Below are positions 24,161-38,230 of a stretch of DNA of 64,000 nucleotides, one piece after another. Position numbers and translations under genes: made by a program. The stretch covers positions 7,192,001 through 7,256,000 of the forward strand of contig CM059453.1 in the NCBI GenBank assembly GCA_030390025.1. Reading direction: 5' to 3'. This DNA comes from Squalus acanthias. Its lineage: Eukaryota. The notes below the pieces were generated by a model. The model worked only from the letters and a program-made list of their open reading frames with translations, was not told the DNA's origin and searched no databases. The stretch's first letter is position 1. Each line of letters opens with the position of its first letter.

Positions 24161-24704
24161 CGGACCTGCAAATTGCCCTAAAAATGTTTACGAATCATCC
24201 TTACAGTGAAAGCGATTTAATAATTCGGTTGGCTCTCCTGTTTAATAGTCTATTAGTACATAGAATAATATAGTTGGAAGTAGCTCAGAGTGATTCAATA
24301 ACAAGCATTAGTCAACACAAAGGAAGTAGCTTCTAATTCTTTGTGTTCACAGGCCGCAACATGGGTCTGCACTGCACCGATTGGTCACAAACTTCCATCA
24401 GTGTACAGCGTGTTTAACATGTCTAATCCGATGAGAAGGCTGTGAAGTTTCCGTCAGAGTTCCCTTACATTGTGTCGATCGCTTGGACACTCGGTAATGT
24501 AACATCTTTCAGACCAGAGTGCAAGGTTTTCCGTTCCTCCCCTTTCCTTCGTTCGCGGACGCCTCCTCCTTATGTAATAAATCAGCTCTCGGTTACCCGG
24601 GGTTTGGCAGTGAGTTGCATCGCACAATTGCTCTCAATGGCTTTAACCGATGCAGTTGAGCAATGCAATTCCGAAAGTAATCAAGTCGCTCGTAAAAACC
24701 AAGA

Positions 24705-25075
24705 AAGAAACGTAGAGATTTAGGAGCTGAAGTAGGCGATTCGGCCCTTCGAGCCTGCTCCGCCATTTAATATGATCATGCCTGATCCTCTATCTCAATA
24801 CCATATTCCCGCTCTTTCCCCATGCCCCTTGACCTCTTTTGTGTCTGGAAATCTATCCATCTCCTTCTTAAATATATTCAGTGACTTGGCCTCCACAGCC
24901 TTCTGTGGCAGAGAATTCCACAGGTTCACTACCCTCTAAGTGAAGAAATTTCCCCTCATCTCAGTCCCAAATGTACTACCCCGTATCCTGAGACAATGAC
25001 CCCTCGGTCTAGAGCCCCCAGGCCAGGGGAAACCTCCTCCCTGCATCCAGTCTGTCTAGCCCTGTCAGAATTTTA
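24705..25075 (-). mobile_element. CR1 3'-end fragment
   Basis: CR1 3' UTR stem-loop region (gcccttcgagcctgctccgccatt) plus ORF2 terminus. Confidence 0.85.
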
Positions 25076-25533
25076 TCTTGGCTGAGGGAATCCAAATGGA
25101 CTCAGAGCCCTGGGTTAGAGAGGGGTATTTCTTCCATAGTATTTATCGATGTTCAGTGAACCCTGCTGCAAGTAGCCTTTTCGATATCCAGTGAGGACAG
25201 TAGCAGACTCCGACGTATTGGGCCGCAGGAGAAACATCATGGTGAAGCAATGCATCTGCAAAAAAGCAGCTTAAGCGAGAGATTGGAGAAATCGAACTCC
25301 AGCAAGCATTCAAGTTGGAAGTGGAGAATATGGGGGAAAATACTGCAAGCAAGAACAACGAGCGTTTCCAATGTCTTGATTGTAAAAACTTGTCGTATCT
25401 CTTCGTTGTAATAATTTGTTCGTTTAGACAAAGAAACTGAAATTTTGACATTCAGAGAAACGTCCTCTCTGAGTTCTGGTCCTTTTCAGGTAAATTTAAT
25501 AGCTGCATATTCGCAAGTCATTTTGCAACAGAA

Positions 25534-25770
25534 AGAACACGTGCTGCATATACAAGAGGACACGTGGTACAGATACCGAAATAACACGTGGTACAGATAG
25601 ACGAAGAACACGTGGTAGAGATACGACAAGAACACGTGGTACCGATCCAATAAGAACACGTGGTAGACATAAGCAAAGAACACGTGGTACAGATACACCA
25701 AGAACACGTGGTACGATACACCAAGAAAACGTGGTACCTATCCAAGAAGAACACGTGGTAGATATAGACA
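25534..25770. repeat. 24-bp minisatellite (agaaCACGTGgtacagatacacca), left part, ~10 units
   Basis: Direct tandem units, each with CACGTG. Confidence 0.95.
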
Positions 25771-25774
25771 AAAA

Positions 25775-28700
25775 GGCCAGTGTCGGGAGCGAAGAGAGCA
25801 GCAGCACAGTGAGTAGTTAAACTCACTTTCGTGGGTGTTTTTGCAGAGGCCAGTGTCGGGAGCGGAGAGAGCAGCAGCACAGTGAGTAGGTAAACTCACT
25901 TTCGTGGGCTTTTTTCAGAGTCCAGTGTCGGGAAAGGGTCCTTGAATGTATCATTTAATTGAAGTGAAATTGGTGGGATTCATTTAATTTAATGTTAATT
26001 TATTAATTAAAGGGTAAATCGTGGCAGGAGAGCTCCGCCCCGTGATATGCTCCTCATGCTATATGTGGGAAATCAGCGACGCTTCCTGTGTCCCTGACGA
26101 GCATGTGTGTGGGAAGTGTACAGGTGCAGCTACTGATAGACCGCATTGAGGAACTGGAGCTGCGGATGGATGCATATTGCAGCATTCGCGACGCTGAGAA
26201 CGTCATGGAGAGCACGTTTAGCAAGTTGGTTCACACAGCAGGTAAAGGGTGTACAGGCAGGAAGTGAATGGGTGACCACCAGACAGAGTAAGAGGTGCAG
26301 GCAGGTAGTGCAAGGGTCCCGTGGCCATCCCCCTCTCAAACAGGTATACCACTTTGGATACTGTTGGGGGGGATGACTTATCAGGAGAAGGCAGCAGCAG
26401 CCAACTTCCTGGCACCATGGGTGGCTCTGCTGCACAGGCTGGGCGGAAAACGTGTGGAAGAGCTGTAGTGATAGGGGGCTCAATTGTAAGGTTAATAGAT
26501 AGGCATTTCTGCGGCCGCAAATGAGACTCCAGGATGGTGTGTTGCCTGCCTGGTGCAAGGGTCAAGGACGTCTCAGAGCAACTACAGAACATTTTGGAGG
26601 GGGAGGGCGAACAGCCAGTTGGCGTGGTGCACATAGGCATCAACGATATAGGTAAAAAACGGGAGGGTCCTAAAAGCAGAATATAGGGAATTAGGAGGTA
26701 AACTAAAAAATAGGAACTCTAAGGTAGTAATCTCAGGATTGCTACCAGTGCCACGTGCTAGTCAGAGTAGAAACAGGATGATATTTCAAGAGAATATGTA
26801 GCTAGAGGATTGGTGCAAGGGGGAGGGATTCAAATTCCTTGGACATTGGAACCGGTTCTGGGGGAGGTGGGACCAGTACAATCGGGACGGTCTGCACGTG
26901 GGCAGGGCCGGGACCGATGTCCTAGGGAGAGTATTTGCTAGTGCTGTTGGGGAGGGTTTAAACTAAAGTGGCAGCGGGTTGGGAATCTGAGCAGGGAGAC
27001 AGAGGAAAGGGAATCAAGGATAAAAGCAAAAGACAGGAAGGAGAAAAACAAAAGTAGAAGGCAAATAACTCAACGGTTTAAATCAAACATGGTCACGGTA
27101 AATAATAATTCATATAGGTCTGAGAGCGTTAAAAAAACAAGCCTGAAGGTTTTGTGTCTTAATGCAAGGAGCATTCGGAACAAGATGGATGAATTAGCCG
27201 CGCAAATAGAGGTAAATGAATACGATTTGATTGGGATTACAGAAACATGCCTCCAGGATGGACAAGGCTGGGAACACAACATACAGGGGTATTCAATATT
27301 TAGGAAAGATAGGCAAAAAAGAAAGGGAGGTGGGGTAGCATTGCTGGTTAAATAGGGGATTAACACAATTGAAAGGAAGGATATTAGCTCTGATGATGCA
27401 GAATCTGTATGGGTAGAACTGATAAATAACAAGGGGCAGAAAACGTTAGTGGGAGTGGTATATAGACCTCCAAACAGGAATACGGTGGTTGGGGACGGCA
27501 TTAAAAGGGAAATTAGTGAAGCATGCAGTAAGGGCACAGCAGTCATCATGGGTGACTGTAATTTACATATAGATTGAGCTAACCAAATTAGTAAAAAATA
27601 CTGTGGAGGAGGAATTCCTAGAATGTTTACGGGATGGTTTTCTTGAACAATATGTCGAGGAACCAACCAGAGATCAGGCCATCTTAGACTGGGTATTATG
27701 TAACGAGAAAGGATTAATTAGCAATCTTGTTGTACGAGGACCCTTGGGTCAGAGTGATCATAATATGATATAATTCTTCATGAGGATGGAGAGTGAAGTA
27801 GGTGAATCAGAGACAAGGGTCCTGAATTTAAATAAAGGAAACTACGATGGTATGAGATTCGAATTGGGTAGGATTGATTGGGGAATGCCACTCAAAGGGT
27901 TGACAGTGGATAGGCAATGGCAAACATTCAAAGACTGCATGGATGAACTACAGAATTTGTTCATCCCAGTGTGGCATAAGAATAAAACAAAAAGGGTGAC
28001 TCAACCGTGGCTAACAAGGGAAATTAGGGATAGCATAAGATCCAAAGAGAGGGCATGTAAATTGGCCAGAAAAAGCGGTAAACCTGAGGATTGGGAGCAG
28101 TTTAGGATTCAACAAAGGAGGACAAAGGGATTAATTAAGAAGGGGAAAATAGAATATGAAAGTAAGCTTGCACGGAACATAAAAACTGACTGTAAGAGCT
28201 TTTATAGATATGTGAAGAGAAAAGGATTAGTGAAATCAAGTGTAGGTCCCCTGCAGTCAGAAGAGGGGGAAGTTATAATGGGGAACAAAGAAATGGCAGA
28301 CAATTAAATGCATATTTTGGTTCTGTCTTCACAAAGGAGGACACAAATAACGTACCAGAGATGTTGGAGAACATAGGGTCTGATGAAAGGGAGGAACTGA
28401 AAGAAATCAGTATTTGCAGGGAAATGGTGTTAGGGAAATTGACGGGATTGAAGGCCGATAAATCCCCAGGGCCTGATAATCTACATCCTAGGGTACTTAA
28501 GGAAGTGGCCCTAGAAATAGTAGATACTTGCTGATCATCTTCCAACATTCTATGGAATCTGGAACTGTACCCATGGATTGGAGGGTAGCTAATGTTACCC
28601 CACTATTCAAAAAGGGTGGGAGAGAGAAAGCGGGGAATTACAGACCGGTAAGGCTAACATCGGTAGTGGGGAAAATGCTAGAGTCCATTATAAAGGATGT

Positions 28701-30046
28701 AAAAGCTGAGCACTTGAAAAACAGAGACAGGATCGGACAAAGTCAACATGGATTTACAAAAGATAAATCGTGCTTGACTAATCTACTGGATTTTTTTGAG
28801 GATTTAACTGGGAAAATAGATAAGGGAGAACCAGTAGATGTGGTGTATTTGGACTTTCAAAAGGCTTTCGATAAGGTCCCGCAGAAGAGATTAGCGTGTA
28901 AAGTTAAGGCACATGGGATTGGGGGCAATGTATTGATTTGGATACAGAACTGATTGGCGGACAGAAAGCAGAGAGTATGAATTAATGGGTCTTTTTCCGA
29001 GTGGCAGGCAGTGACTAGTGGGGTATCGCAGGGATCGGTCCTTGGACCCCAGCTATTTACAATATATATTAATGATCTAGATAAGTGAACTAAATGTAAT
29101 ATCTCCAAGTTTGCAGATGACACAAAGCTGGGTGGACGTGTGTGCTGCGAGGACGATACCGAGAAACTCCAGGATGATTTGGACAGGTTGGGTGAGTGGG
29201 CAGAAGCGTGGCAGATGCAATATAACGTGGATAAATGCGAGGTTATCCACTTTGCTGTCAAAAACAGAAAGGCAGCCTATTATCTGAATGGCAATAGATT
29301 GGGAGAAGGGGAAGTGCAACGAGACCTGGGTGTCCTTGTGCACCAGTCGCTGAAGGTAAGCATGCACGTGCAGCAGGCGGTGAAGAAGGCAAATGGTATG
29401 TTGGCCTTCATATGAAAGGGTTTGAGTATAGGAACAGGGATGTCCTGCTGCAGTTGTACAGGGCCTTAGTGAGACCACACCTTGAGTACTGTGTGCAGTT
29501 TTGGTCGCCTTATCTGAGGAAGGATGTTCTTGCCATGGAAGGAGTTCAGCGAAGATTCACAAGGCTGATAGCTGGGATGGCAGGAATGACATATGAGGAG
29601 AGATTGGGTCGATTGGCCTTATACTCGCTGGAGTATAGAAGAATGAGAGGGGATCTCATCGAAACATATAAAATTCTGACAGGTCTGGACAAACTAGATG
29701 CAGGAAGAATGTTCCCGATGGTCGGAGAGTCCAGAACCAGGGGTCATAATCTAAGGATAAGGGGTAAGCCATTTCGGAGAGAAACGAGGAAGAATTTGTT
29801 CACCCAGAGAGTGATGAACCTGTGGAATTCTCTACCACAGAAGGTAGTTGAGGCGAAGTCATTAAATATATTCAAGGATGAGTTAGATATATTTCTTAAA
29901 GCAAAAGGTATCAAGGGATATGGGGAGAAAGCAGGTACAGGGTACTGAGTTTGGATGATCAGCCAAGATCTCATCGAATGGCGGAGCTGGCTCGAGGGGC
30001 CGAATGGCCTACTCCTGCTCCTATCTTCTATGAATCTATGAATCTA
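25775..30046 (+). mobile_element. Near full-length CR1 LINE (subfamily A), inactivated
   Basis: 5' UTR with 73-bp repeats. ORF1 has Cys-rich zinc finger plus GDSL esterase remnants. ORF2 has APE (CLNARSIRNK, GITET, YRPP) and RT (YLDFQKAFDKV, FADD) with several stops and frameshifts. 3' tail (tctatgaa)n. Confidence 0.95.
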
Positions 30047-30054
30047 AAAAAAGA

Positions 30055-30405
30055 TGGTACAGATACAGCAAGAACACGTGGTACCGATCCAATAAGAACA
30101 CGTGGTAGAGATAAACAAAGAACACGTGGTACAGATACACCAAGAACACGTGGTACAGATATACCAAGGACACGTGGTACAGATACAGAAATAACACGTG
30201 GTACAGGTAGACGAAGAACACGTGGTACAGATACACCAAGAACACGTGGTTCTGATCCAATAAGAACAGGTGGTTCAGATACACAAAGAGCACGTGGTAC
30301 AGATACACCAAGGACACGAGTTACAGATCGAATAAGAACACGTGGTACAGATAAATAAAGAACACGTGATAGAGATGCACAAAGAACACGTGGTACAAAG
30401 ATACC
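30055..30405. repeat. Same 24-bp minisatellite, right part, ~15 units
   Basis: Translates as (RTRGTDTP)n; resumes immediately after the CR1 tail. Confidence 0.95.
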
Positions 30406-31189
30406 AAAAACGTTTTCTGCTTCGATTTAAACAGAATCAGTGTTGGGAAACACAACATACGGGGATAGAGAGATCACTCTGGTCTCTCTTACCTTAGGAT
30501 TCTGTTTTTTAGCGACATTTAAATATAGTTATTATTGCGTGTTCGGATGGATGTGCAGTATCTTTCTACGGCCAGTAGGTGGCGGGGTGGGTCCACTGTA
30601 TTGAATCCCGTGACACACTCTCAGTACACGGGAGATCTAATGCTATTTACAACTAACTGACTGTTCTTGTCAGTTACCAATGTATCCTTCCGTTTCAGAA
30701 CACGTTGGAGCAGTTTTTGTCTTGGACGGTATCTCAAAGACGGAACGGCCGCCTCCCATACGCCCCACTTACTGTTTAATTCCCTGCGATGCGATAAAGC
30801 CAGTTTTACGCAACCGCCTGCGATTAATTTCTAATCTGGCTAGCGCACGGTTATAGGACTTTCAATTGTTCTCTTCGATCCAGTGGACATTGTCACCTCA
30901 AGCGCACTGACTGCCAGTGAGCTCCGTACTCACAGTTGTTCCTGATCCTGGATTTACCCAGCCAAGATACGGGCACGGTGAACAGGTGGGAAGGGCTCAC
31001 TCGGCAGTGATCAGGAATTGGATCACTGGCTGTTTCATTCCATTCAATGTCGATGTCATTCATAGTGCGGCTACTGCCAGCCTGGCACAGACCTGCGATT
31101 GAAGCATGGTAGCAGATTATAACTGGCGCAGACTTCACCCTCAAACCGCATGTGTTAGCTCTGATATAAACTAGCGAGGCAATTAGGAT

Positions 31190-31890
31190 ATAATAAACCG
31201 AACCACTCGATTAGATTCAAGCCTGCAACTCACTCCCGGGTATCTGTTATTCTATATATAAACCCCCCTAACCCCTCGATTAGATTCCAGCCTGTAACTC
31301 ACTCCCGGGTATTCGTTATTCTTTTTATAAACCCCTAAACTCCTCGATTAGATTCCAGCCTGTAACTCAATCCCGGGTACCTGTTATTCTATATATAAAC
31401 CCCCTGAACCCGTCGATTCGATTCCAGCCTGTAACTCACTCCCAGGTATCTGTTAATCTATATATCAACCCCCCGACAACCCTCCATTAGATTCCAGCCC
31501 GTAACTCACTCCCGGGATTCTGTTATTCTGCATATAAACTACCCGAAATCCTCGATTAGATTCCAGCCTGTAACTCACCCCCGAGTTTCTGTAATTCTGT
31601 ATATAAACCACCCGCACTCCTCGATTAGATTCTAGTCTGTAACTCATTCCCCACTGTCGGTTATTCTATATATAAACCCTCCCCCGAACCCCTTGATTGG
31701 ATTCCAGCCTGTCACCTACTCCCGGCTATCTGTTATTCTATATGCAAACCTCACTGAAACCCCTCGATTAAAGTTCGGCCTGTAACACACTCCCAGTTAT
31801 CTGTTATTCTATACATAACGCCCCGTAACACTCCATTAGATTCCAGCCTGTAACTCCCTCCCAGGTATCTGTTATTCTACATATAAAACA
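31190..31890. repeat. ~69-70-bp satellite, ~10 units
   Basis: Unit aaacccccgaacccctcgattagattccagcctgtaactcactcccgggtatctgttattctatatat. Confidence 0.95.
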
Positions 31891-32136
31891 CCCAAAACAA
31901 TATATCAGAATCCAATCGCGAAGTCATTGTTCGATATGTGATAATGTACACATAAGCCATTCGAACCTCCTCGTTAGATTTCAGCCTATGACCTATATTA
32001 AGTTGTGCTTTTCCCCATTTATAAACAGTGCAAACTGCTAGATTGAAATCCATTAGCCAATACTTTTGTCTGGTATGTGGTCTGCCTTCAACTCTTTTCG
32101 ATTTCACTGGAATACAAATTGGAGATAATCTTCAGG

Positions 32137-35100
32137 AACTGCCAGAGAGCTCACTTATTTAAATCTCAGCAGTATATATAAGGGAGACGAGAGTGCAGTT
32201 TGTCACGGAGTGCAGATATGGAATAGAGTGCTAAGCTACGAGTTTGGTGAGTGAGGGAGTAACTCTTAAAGGTTAATCTCTTATTTTTATAAATTCTAGT
32301 CTTGTGTGCTTGCAATTAGCTTTTAAATTTACTGTTTCAAGTTTTAAGTTTCTTCCAGGCTTGGGCAGGGCTAAGCAAGCTCTGTGCTGGAGAGCAGGTG
32401 ATAGTAATTAATTAATTAACTGGTCTAATTGGGTTCTGTAACTGCCAGAATACTCACTTATTTAAATCTCAGCAGTATAAATAAGGGAGACTAGAGTGCA
32501 GTTTGTCACGGAGTGCAGATTTGGAATAGAGTGCTAAGCTGCGAGTTTGGTGAGTGAGGGAGTTCGGGGAGGGAAGTGTGCCTTCCTTTTTCCATCTTTG
32601 CCAGCTTCCTGGTGCGGCGGCGGACCTGTGTGAGGCGAGGCGGCGGCAAAGGGTTTAAAAGGCTCCAGAGACCAGGTAAGGCGGGACCAGTCTCCGAACT
32701 CGGAGGGAGGGAGAGAGGTAAAAATAATCGAGGTGTGACGTCACCAGAAAGCAGGTAATAATTGGTTGATGAGTATTTCTCTCTTTTTAAACTTAAACTC
32801 TGTGGATTGTAGTTAATAAGGCCTTTCTGGTGCAGACTGACTATTGGTAAACCATTTAACTGGTGTAATTTAGAGGGATTGATTTAATTTAAATCCAATT
32901 AATTAGAGGGGATACTAGCATCTATAATCGGTAAGAGAGTGTCCATAACTAACAATAATTTTTTTTTAAATTAATTCCATAGAATCGAGCAGGTCATGTG
33001 TTGCTGTTGCGAGATGTGGGAGCCGGTGGACCCCATTGAGGCTCACGGTGATTACATCTGTGACAAGTGTCTGCTGCTAAAGGAACTCCAGCTCCGTATT
33101 GATGAGCTGGCGTCTGAGCTTCAGACACTGCGACACATCAGGGTGGGGGAGAAGTACCTGGACTTTGTGTTTCAGGAGGTGGTCACAGCTATGAAGTTAA
33201 TTAATTCAGATATAGCCCATGGTCAGGGACAGGACGGTGTGACTACGAGTGAGGCAGTTACGGGGATCCAGGAGGTAGTGTTGGAGTAGCCGCAGCCCTT
33301 GCTCTTGTCCAACAGGTTCGAGGTTCTTACTCCCTGTGGGGACAGGAGCAGGGACTGCAGGGAGGATGAGCAACCTGGTCAAAGCACCGTGGAACGGGGG
33401 GCCATTAAAGAGGGTGGAGTAAATAGAAATGTTGTAGTGGTAGGGGATAGTATTATTAGGGGGATAGTTAGAGTTCTCTGCAGCCGAGAGCGAGAGTCCC
33501 GTAGGCTGTGTTGCCTGCCCGGTGCCAGGGTTAAGACATCTCCTCTGGGCTGGAAAGAAACTTGCAGTGGGAGGGGGTGGATCCAGTTGTCGTCGTCCAT
33601 GTTGGTACAAACGACGTAGATAGGACAAGGAAGCAGGATCTGTTAAAGGAGTATGAGCAGCTAGGGGTCAAATTAAAAAACAGAACTTCAAGGGTATTAA
33701 TCTCTGGATTATTACCTGAGCCACGAGCGAATTTGGCTAGGACAAATAAAATTAGAGAGTTAAATGAGTGGCTCAAAGACTGGTGTGGGAGAAATGGGTT
33801 TTGCTTCCTGGGACACTGGCACCAGTATTGGGGCAGGAGGGAGCTGTTCCGTTGGGACGGGCTTCACTTGGCCAGTGCTGGGACTAGAGTCCTGGCGGAT
33901 CATATAACTAGGGCTGTAGAGAGGGCTTTAAACTAACTAGTGGGGGGGGGAGTTTCCTAGAGAGCAAATAATAAAAATGACAACAGAGAAGGTCATAGAC
34001 TTAGGTAGCAGTGGGGAAATTAAAAACCAGAGTGTGTCAGGAAGGGGCAGAAGGTATGGAGTAAAAGGTAAAGTAATAAAAAGGGCAAAAGCAGGAACTA
34101 AGTGTCACAAAACATACTTGAAAGTTCTCTATCTGAATGCACGTAGCATTCGTAACAAAATAGATGAGTTAATGGCACAAATAACTACATATGAGTATGA
34201 TCTTGTGGCCATTACAGAAACATGGCTGCAGGGTGACAATGCCTGGGAATTAAACATACCAGGTTATTTAACGATCAGGAAGGACAGGCAGGAAGGAAGG
34301 GGAGGTGGGGTGGCTATGTTAATAAAGGAAGGAATCACTGTAATACAGAGAAATGATATTGGGTCAAAATATCAGGATAATGAAACAGTTTGGGTGGAGA
34401 TAAGGAATAATAAGGGGAAAAAAACACTAGTGGGCGTAGTCTATAGGCCTCCGAACAGTTGCAACTCTGTTGGACGGAGTATCAATCAGGAAATAGTTGA
34501 GGCTTGTAATAAGGGAACATCTTTAATTATGGGGGATTTTAACTATCATATTAATTGGACAAATCAAATTGGCAGGGCTGCCTTGAAGATGAGTTCATTG
34601 AGTGTATTAGGGATGGGTTTCTTGAGCAGTATGGAACTGAAATGACCAGGGGGCAAGCAACCTTAGATCTGGTCCTGTGTAACGAGACAGGGTTAATTAA
34701 AAATGTCCTAGTAAAGGATCCCCTTGGAATGAGTGACCATAACATGGTTGAATTCCATATTCAATTAGAGGGTGAGAAGGTTGGATCTCAAACAAGCGTG
34801 ATAAGCTTCAATAAAGGAGACTATGAAGGTATGCGAGCAGAATTGAGTAGAGTGGATTGGGGAAATAGATTAAAGGGTAAAACGATACATGATCAGTGGT
34901 GTACATTTAAGGAGTTATTTTACAACTTCCAGAAAATGTATATTCCACTGAGAAGAAAAGGGTGTAAAAGAAAAGACAGTCATCCATGGCTAAGTAAAGA
35001 AATTAAGGATAATATTCAACTAAAAACAAGGGCTTATAAGGTAGCAAAATCTAGTGGGAGGATAGAGGATTTGGAAAACTTTAAAAGACAGCAAAACATA

Positions 35101-37163
35101 ACAAAAAGATTGATTAAGAAAGGGAAGATAGATTATGAAAGTAAATTAGCAAAAAATATAAAAACAGATAGTAAGAGTTTTTATAGTTATATAAAAAGAA
35201 AAAGGGTGGCTAAAGTAAATGTTGGTTCCTTAGAGGATGAGACCGGGAAATTAATGGTGGGAAATATGGAGATGGCAAGTACACTGAATGAATATATTGT
35301 ATCAGTCTTTACAGTAGAGGACACTAAGAATATCCCAACACTGGAAAAACAGGGGGCTATAGGGGGGGAGGAGCTAAACACGGTCAAAATCAGTAAGGAA
35401 GTGGTACTTGGTAAAATAATGGGACTCAAGGTGGATAAATCACCTGGACCTGATGGCTTACATCCTAGGGTCCTGAGGGAAGTGGCGGTAGGGATTGTGG
35501 ATGCATTGGTAATAATTTTCCAAAACTCCCTGGACTCAGCAAAGATCCCGGCAGACTGGAAAACTGCTAATGTAACACCCTTATTTAAAAAGGGCAGCAG
35601 ACAGAAGGCTGGAAACTATAGACCGGTTAGCCTAACATCTGCTGTAGGTAAAATTTTGGAGTCCATTATTAAGGAGACAGTAACGGGACATTTGGATAAT
35701 CATAATTTAATAGGACAAAGTCAGCATGGTTTTATGAAGGGGAAGTCATGTTTGACAAATTTGCTGGAGTTCTTTGAGGAAGTAACACACAGGGTGGATA
35801 ATGGGGAACCAGTGGATGTGGTGTATTTAGACTTCCAAAAGGCATTTGACAAGGTGCTACACAAAATATTATTGCTTAAGATAAAAAATCAAGGGATTGA
35901 GGGTAATATTCTGGCATGGATAGAGGATTGGCTATCTAACAGAAGGCAGAGAGTTGGGATAAATGGTTCATTCTCAGACTGGCAATCAGTAACTAGTGGT
36001 GTTCCGCAGGGGTCAGTGCTGGGTCCCCAACTCTTTACAATCTATATTAACGATTTGGAGGAGGGGACCGAGAGTAACATATCAAAGTTTGCAGATGATA
36101 TTAAGATGGGAGGGAAAGTAGTGATTGAGGAGGACATAAAAAATCTGCAAGGGGACATAGACAGGCTAAGTAAGTGGGCAGAGATTTGGCAGATGGAATA
36201 CAATACTGGAAAGTGTGAGGTTTTGCACTTTGGCAGGAAAAATAGTAGAGCAAGTTATTATCTAAATGGCAAGAAACTGGAAAGTACTGAAGTACAAAGG
36301 GATCTGGGGGTCCTGGTGCACGAAACTCAAAAGGTTATTATGCAGGTGCAGCAAGTGATTAAGAAGGCCAATGGAATGTTGGCTTTCATTGCTAAGGGGA
36401 TAGAATATAAAAATAGGGAGGTATTGCTTCAGTTGTACAAGGTATTGGTGAGACCGCACCTGGAATACTGCATACAGTTTTGATGTCCATACTTAAGAAA
36501 AGACATACTTGCTCTCGAGTCAGTACAAAGAAGGTTCACTCGGTTAATCCCGGGGATGAGGGGATGGACATATGAGGAGAGGTTGGGTAGATTGGGACTG
36601 TACTCATTGGAGTTCAGAAGAATGAGAGGCGATCTTATTGAAACATATAAGATTGTGAAGGGGTTGGATCGGGTGGATGTGGGGAGGATGTTCCCGATGA
36701 TGGGTGAAACTAGAACTAGGGGGCATAGTCTTAGAATAAGGGGCTGCTCTTTCAAAACTGAGATGAGAAGGAACTATTTCACTCAGAGGGTGTTAGGTCC
36801 ATGGAATATGCTGCCCCAAAAAGCTGTAGAAGCTACATCATTACATAAATTTAAAACAGAAATAGACAGTTTCCTAGAAGTAAAGGGAATTAAGGGTTAC
36901 GGGGAGCGGGCAGGAATTTGGACATGAGTCTAGGTTCGGATCGGTCATGGCCCTGTGGGTAGCGTAGCGGGCCCAGGGGCCGTGCAGGCCGATCCTGCTC
37001 CTATTTCGTGTGTCCAATTCTGTTAGGTTCAGGAGATGGTTCTGTGATAGTAGATTGGAGGTGAGGATCAGATCAGCCATGATCTTATTGAATGGCGGAG
37101 CAGGCTCGAGGGGCCAATTGGCCTACTCCTGCTCCTATTTCTTATGTTCTTATGTTCTTATGT
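32137..37163 (+). mobile_element. Near full-length CR1 LINE (subfamily B) with few lesions
   Basis: ORF1 32996-33936 (CCCCEMW..CDKC, leucine zipper, GDSIIRG, VHVGTND, DGLH). ORF2 ~34110-36927 (APE + 642-aa RT ORF, FADD) with a frameshift near 34575 and a TGA at 36481. Tail (tcttatgt)3. Confidence 0.96.
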
Positions 37164-37532
37164 GCAGGAACCATTGCAGGTGCCAATGCACACATCACAC
37201 GGTGCATCTCTTGTCTCAGTTACGTTTACATCAGTCGCAGTTCAACAGCTCTTCTGCAGAAGTTTGACGTTTAAATAGTTTCACGCCTTTGTCGCTTCAC
37301 TATGAATTGCTGTCAGTTTAACGATGAATTAAAGATGACCCATTTTGATATATGTCCCATTCCCTAACCATGGCGCTGCTCAAACTCTCCATTAGAACTC
37401 TTATAGCTATCAGCATAAAGAGATCCCATCGCATTTCACTGAGTTAGTTTTCAATTGGTGAAGGTAGACGATGTAAAAATTCGCTGTCTCAGTTTGCACT
37501 CCCAGTGTCCTTTAGCCACAATATTGTATATT

Positions 37533-38230
37533 GGCCCGGAATTTGTCGTTGGTGTTGCGGGGTTTGTTAAGGTGCAATTCCTCCTTTTAAATCCACCGCA
37601 AGTTCGGGATTTCTGCTAGCGCTTTCTGGATCTTGCGTAGGTGTTGACAGGCCAGCCGCTAGGACCAAGAGAATGCAATTGTTGGCCAGAAATTGAACAC
37701 GGAAATTTTACGATTGATGCGAACATGCGAAGAGCATGTTTGCATCTGCGTAAGGGAATTTTGCAGGCATGATTGAAACATTTTAATACCGTAAATTATA
37801 CACATACACTGCATAAAATGAGTTTCCGCAAATATTGGCCCAGTTTTGGTTTTAAAGATAATGAAAATAATTATGAAAAAAATACTTTTTTACTGAGGTT
37901 GTTGGAATGATGCTAATTACGATCTAAATTCCAATTCTGTAAATTGTAATTTGATTCGTTTCGGCATTATATTGCATCGCATTACGGGTTTCACTTCGGA
38001 AATGATTAAAATCTAATTCTGCTTTGTGATTGAAGGACCAGGCCCACGTGACCCCGGGTACACTTCCGCACCGCCTGCGTCCCTGGATTCTTAAACCCTT
38101 TCACTGGCCTCCGCCTCCCATCGTCAGACAGCAAGTTTATGGAACCTCGCCGCAATCAGTTAGGTGCATAACTTTTTCACCGGTCGGAGGCGTATGCTGG
38201 ATGAAAAGCTCCCAGCGCAATTTTTTTCCC
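37533..38230. mobile_element. PIF/Harbinger-type MITE (internally deleted copy at 46247-46746)
   Basis: att|ggcccggaattt...aatttttttccc|att; family motif ggaccaggcccacgtga. Confidence 0.75.

Noticed and set aside
25260-25430. Plus-strand frame ending ERFQCLDCKN, like the start of a C2H2 zinc finger
   Set aside because: No His pair, no repeated fingers, no exon boundaries.
29951-30358. ORF with RTRGTDTP repeats
   Set aside because: Translation of the 24-bp minisatellite following the CR1 3' UTR.
25534-31890. Regular repeats as possible CRISPR-like arrays
   Set aside because: No unique spacers; simple head-to-tail units in vertebrate DNA; no cas genes.
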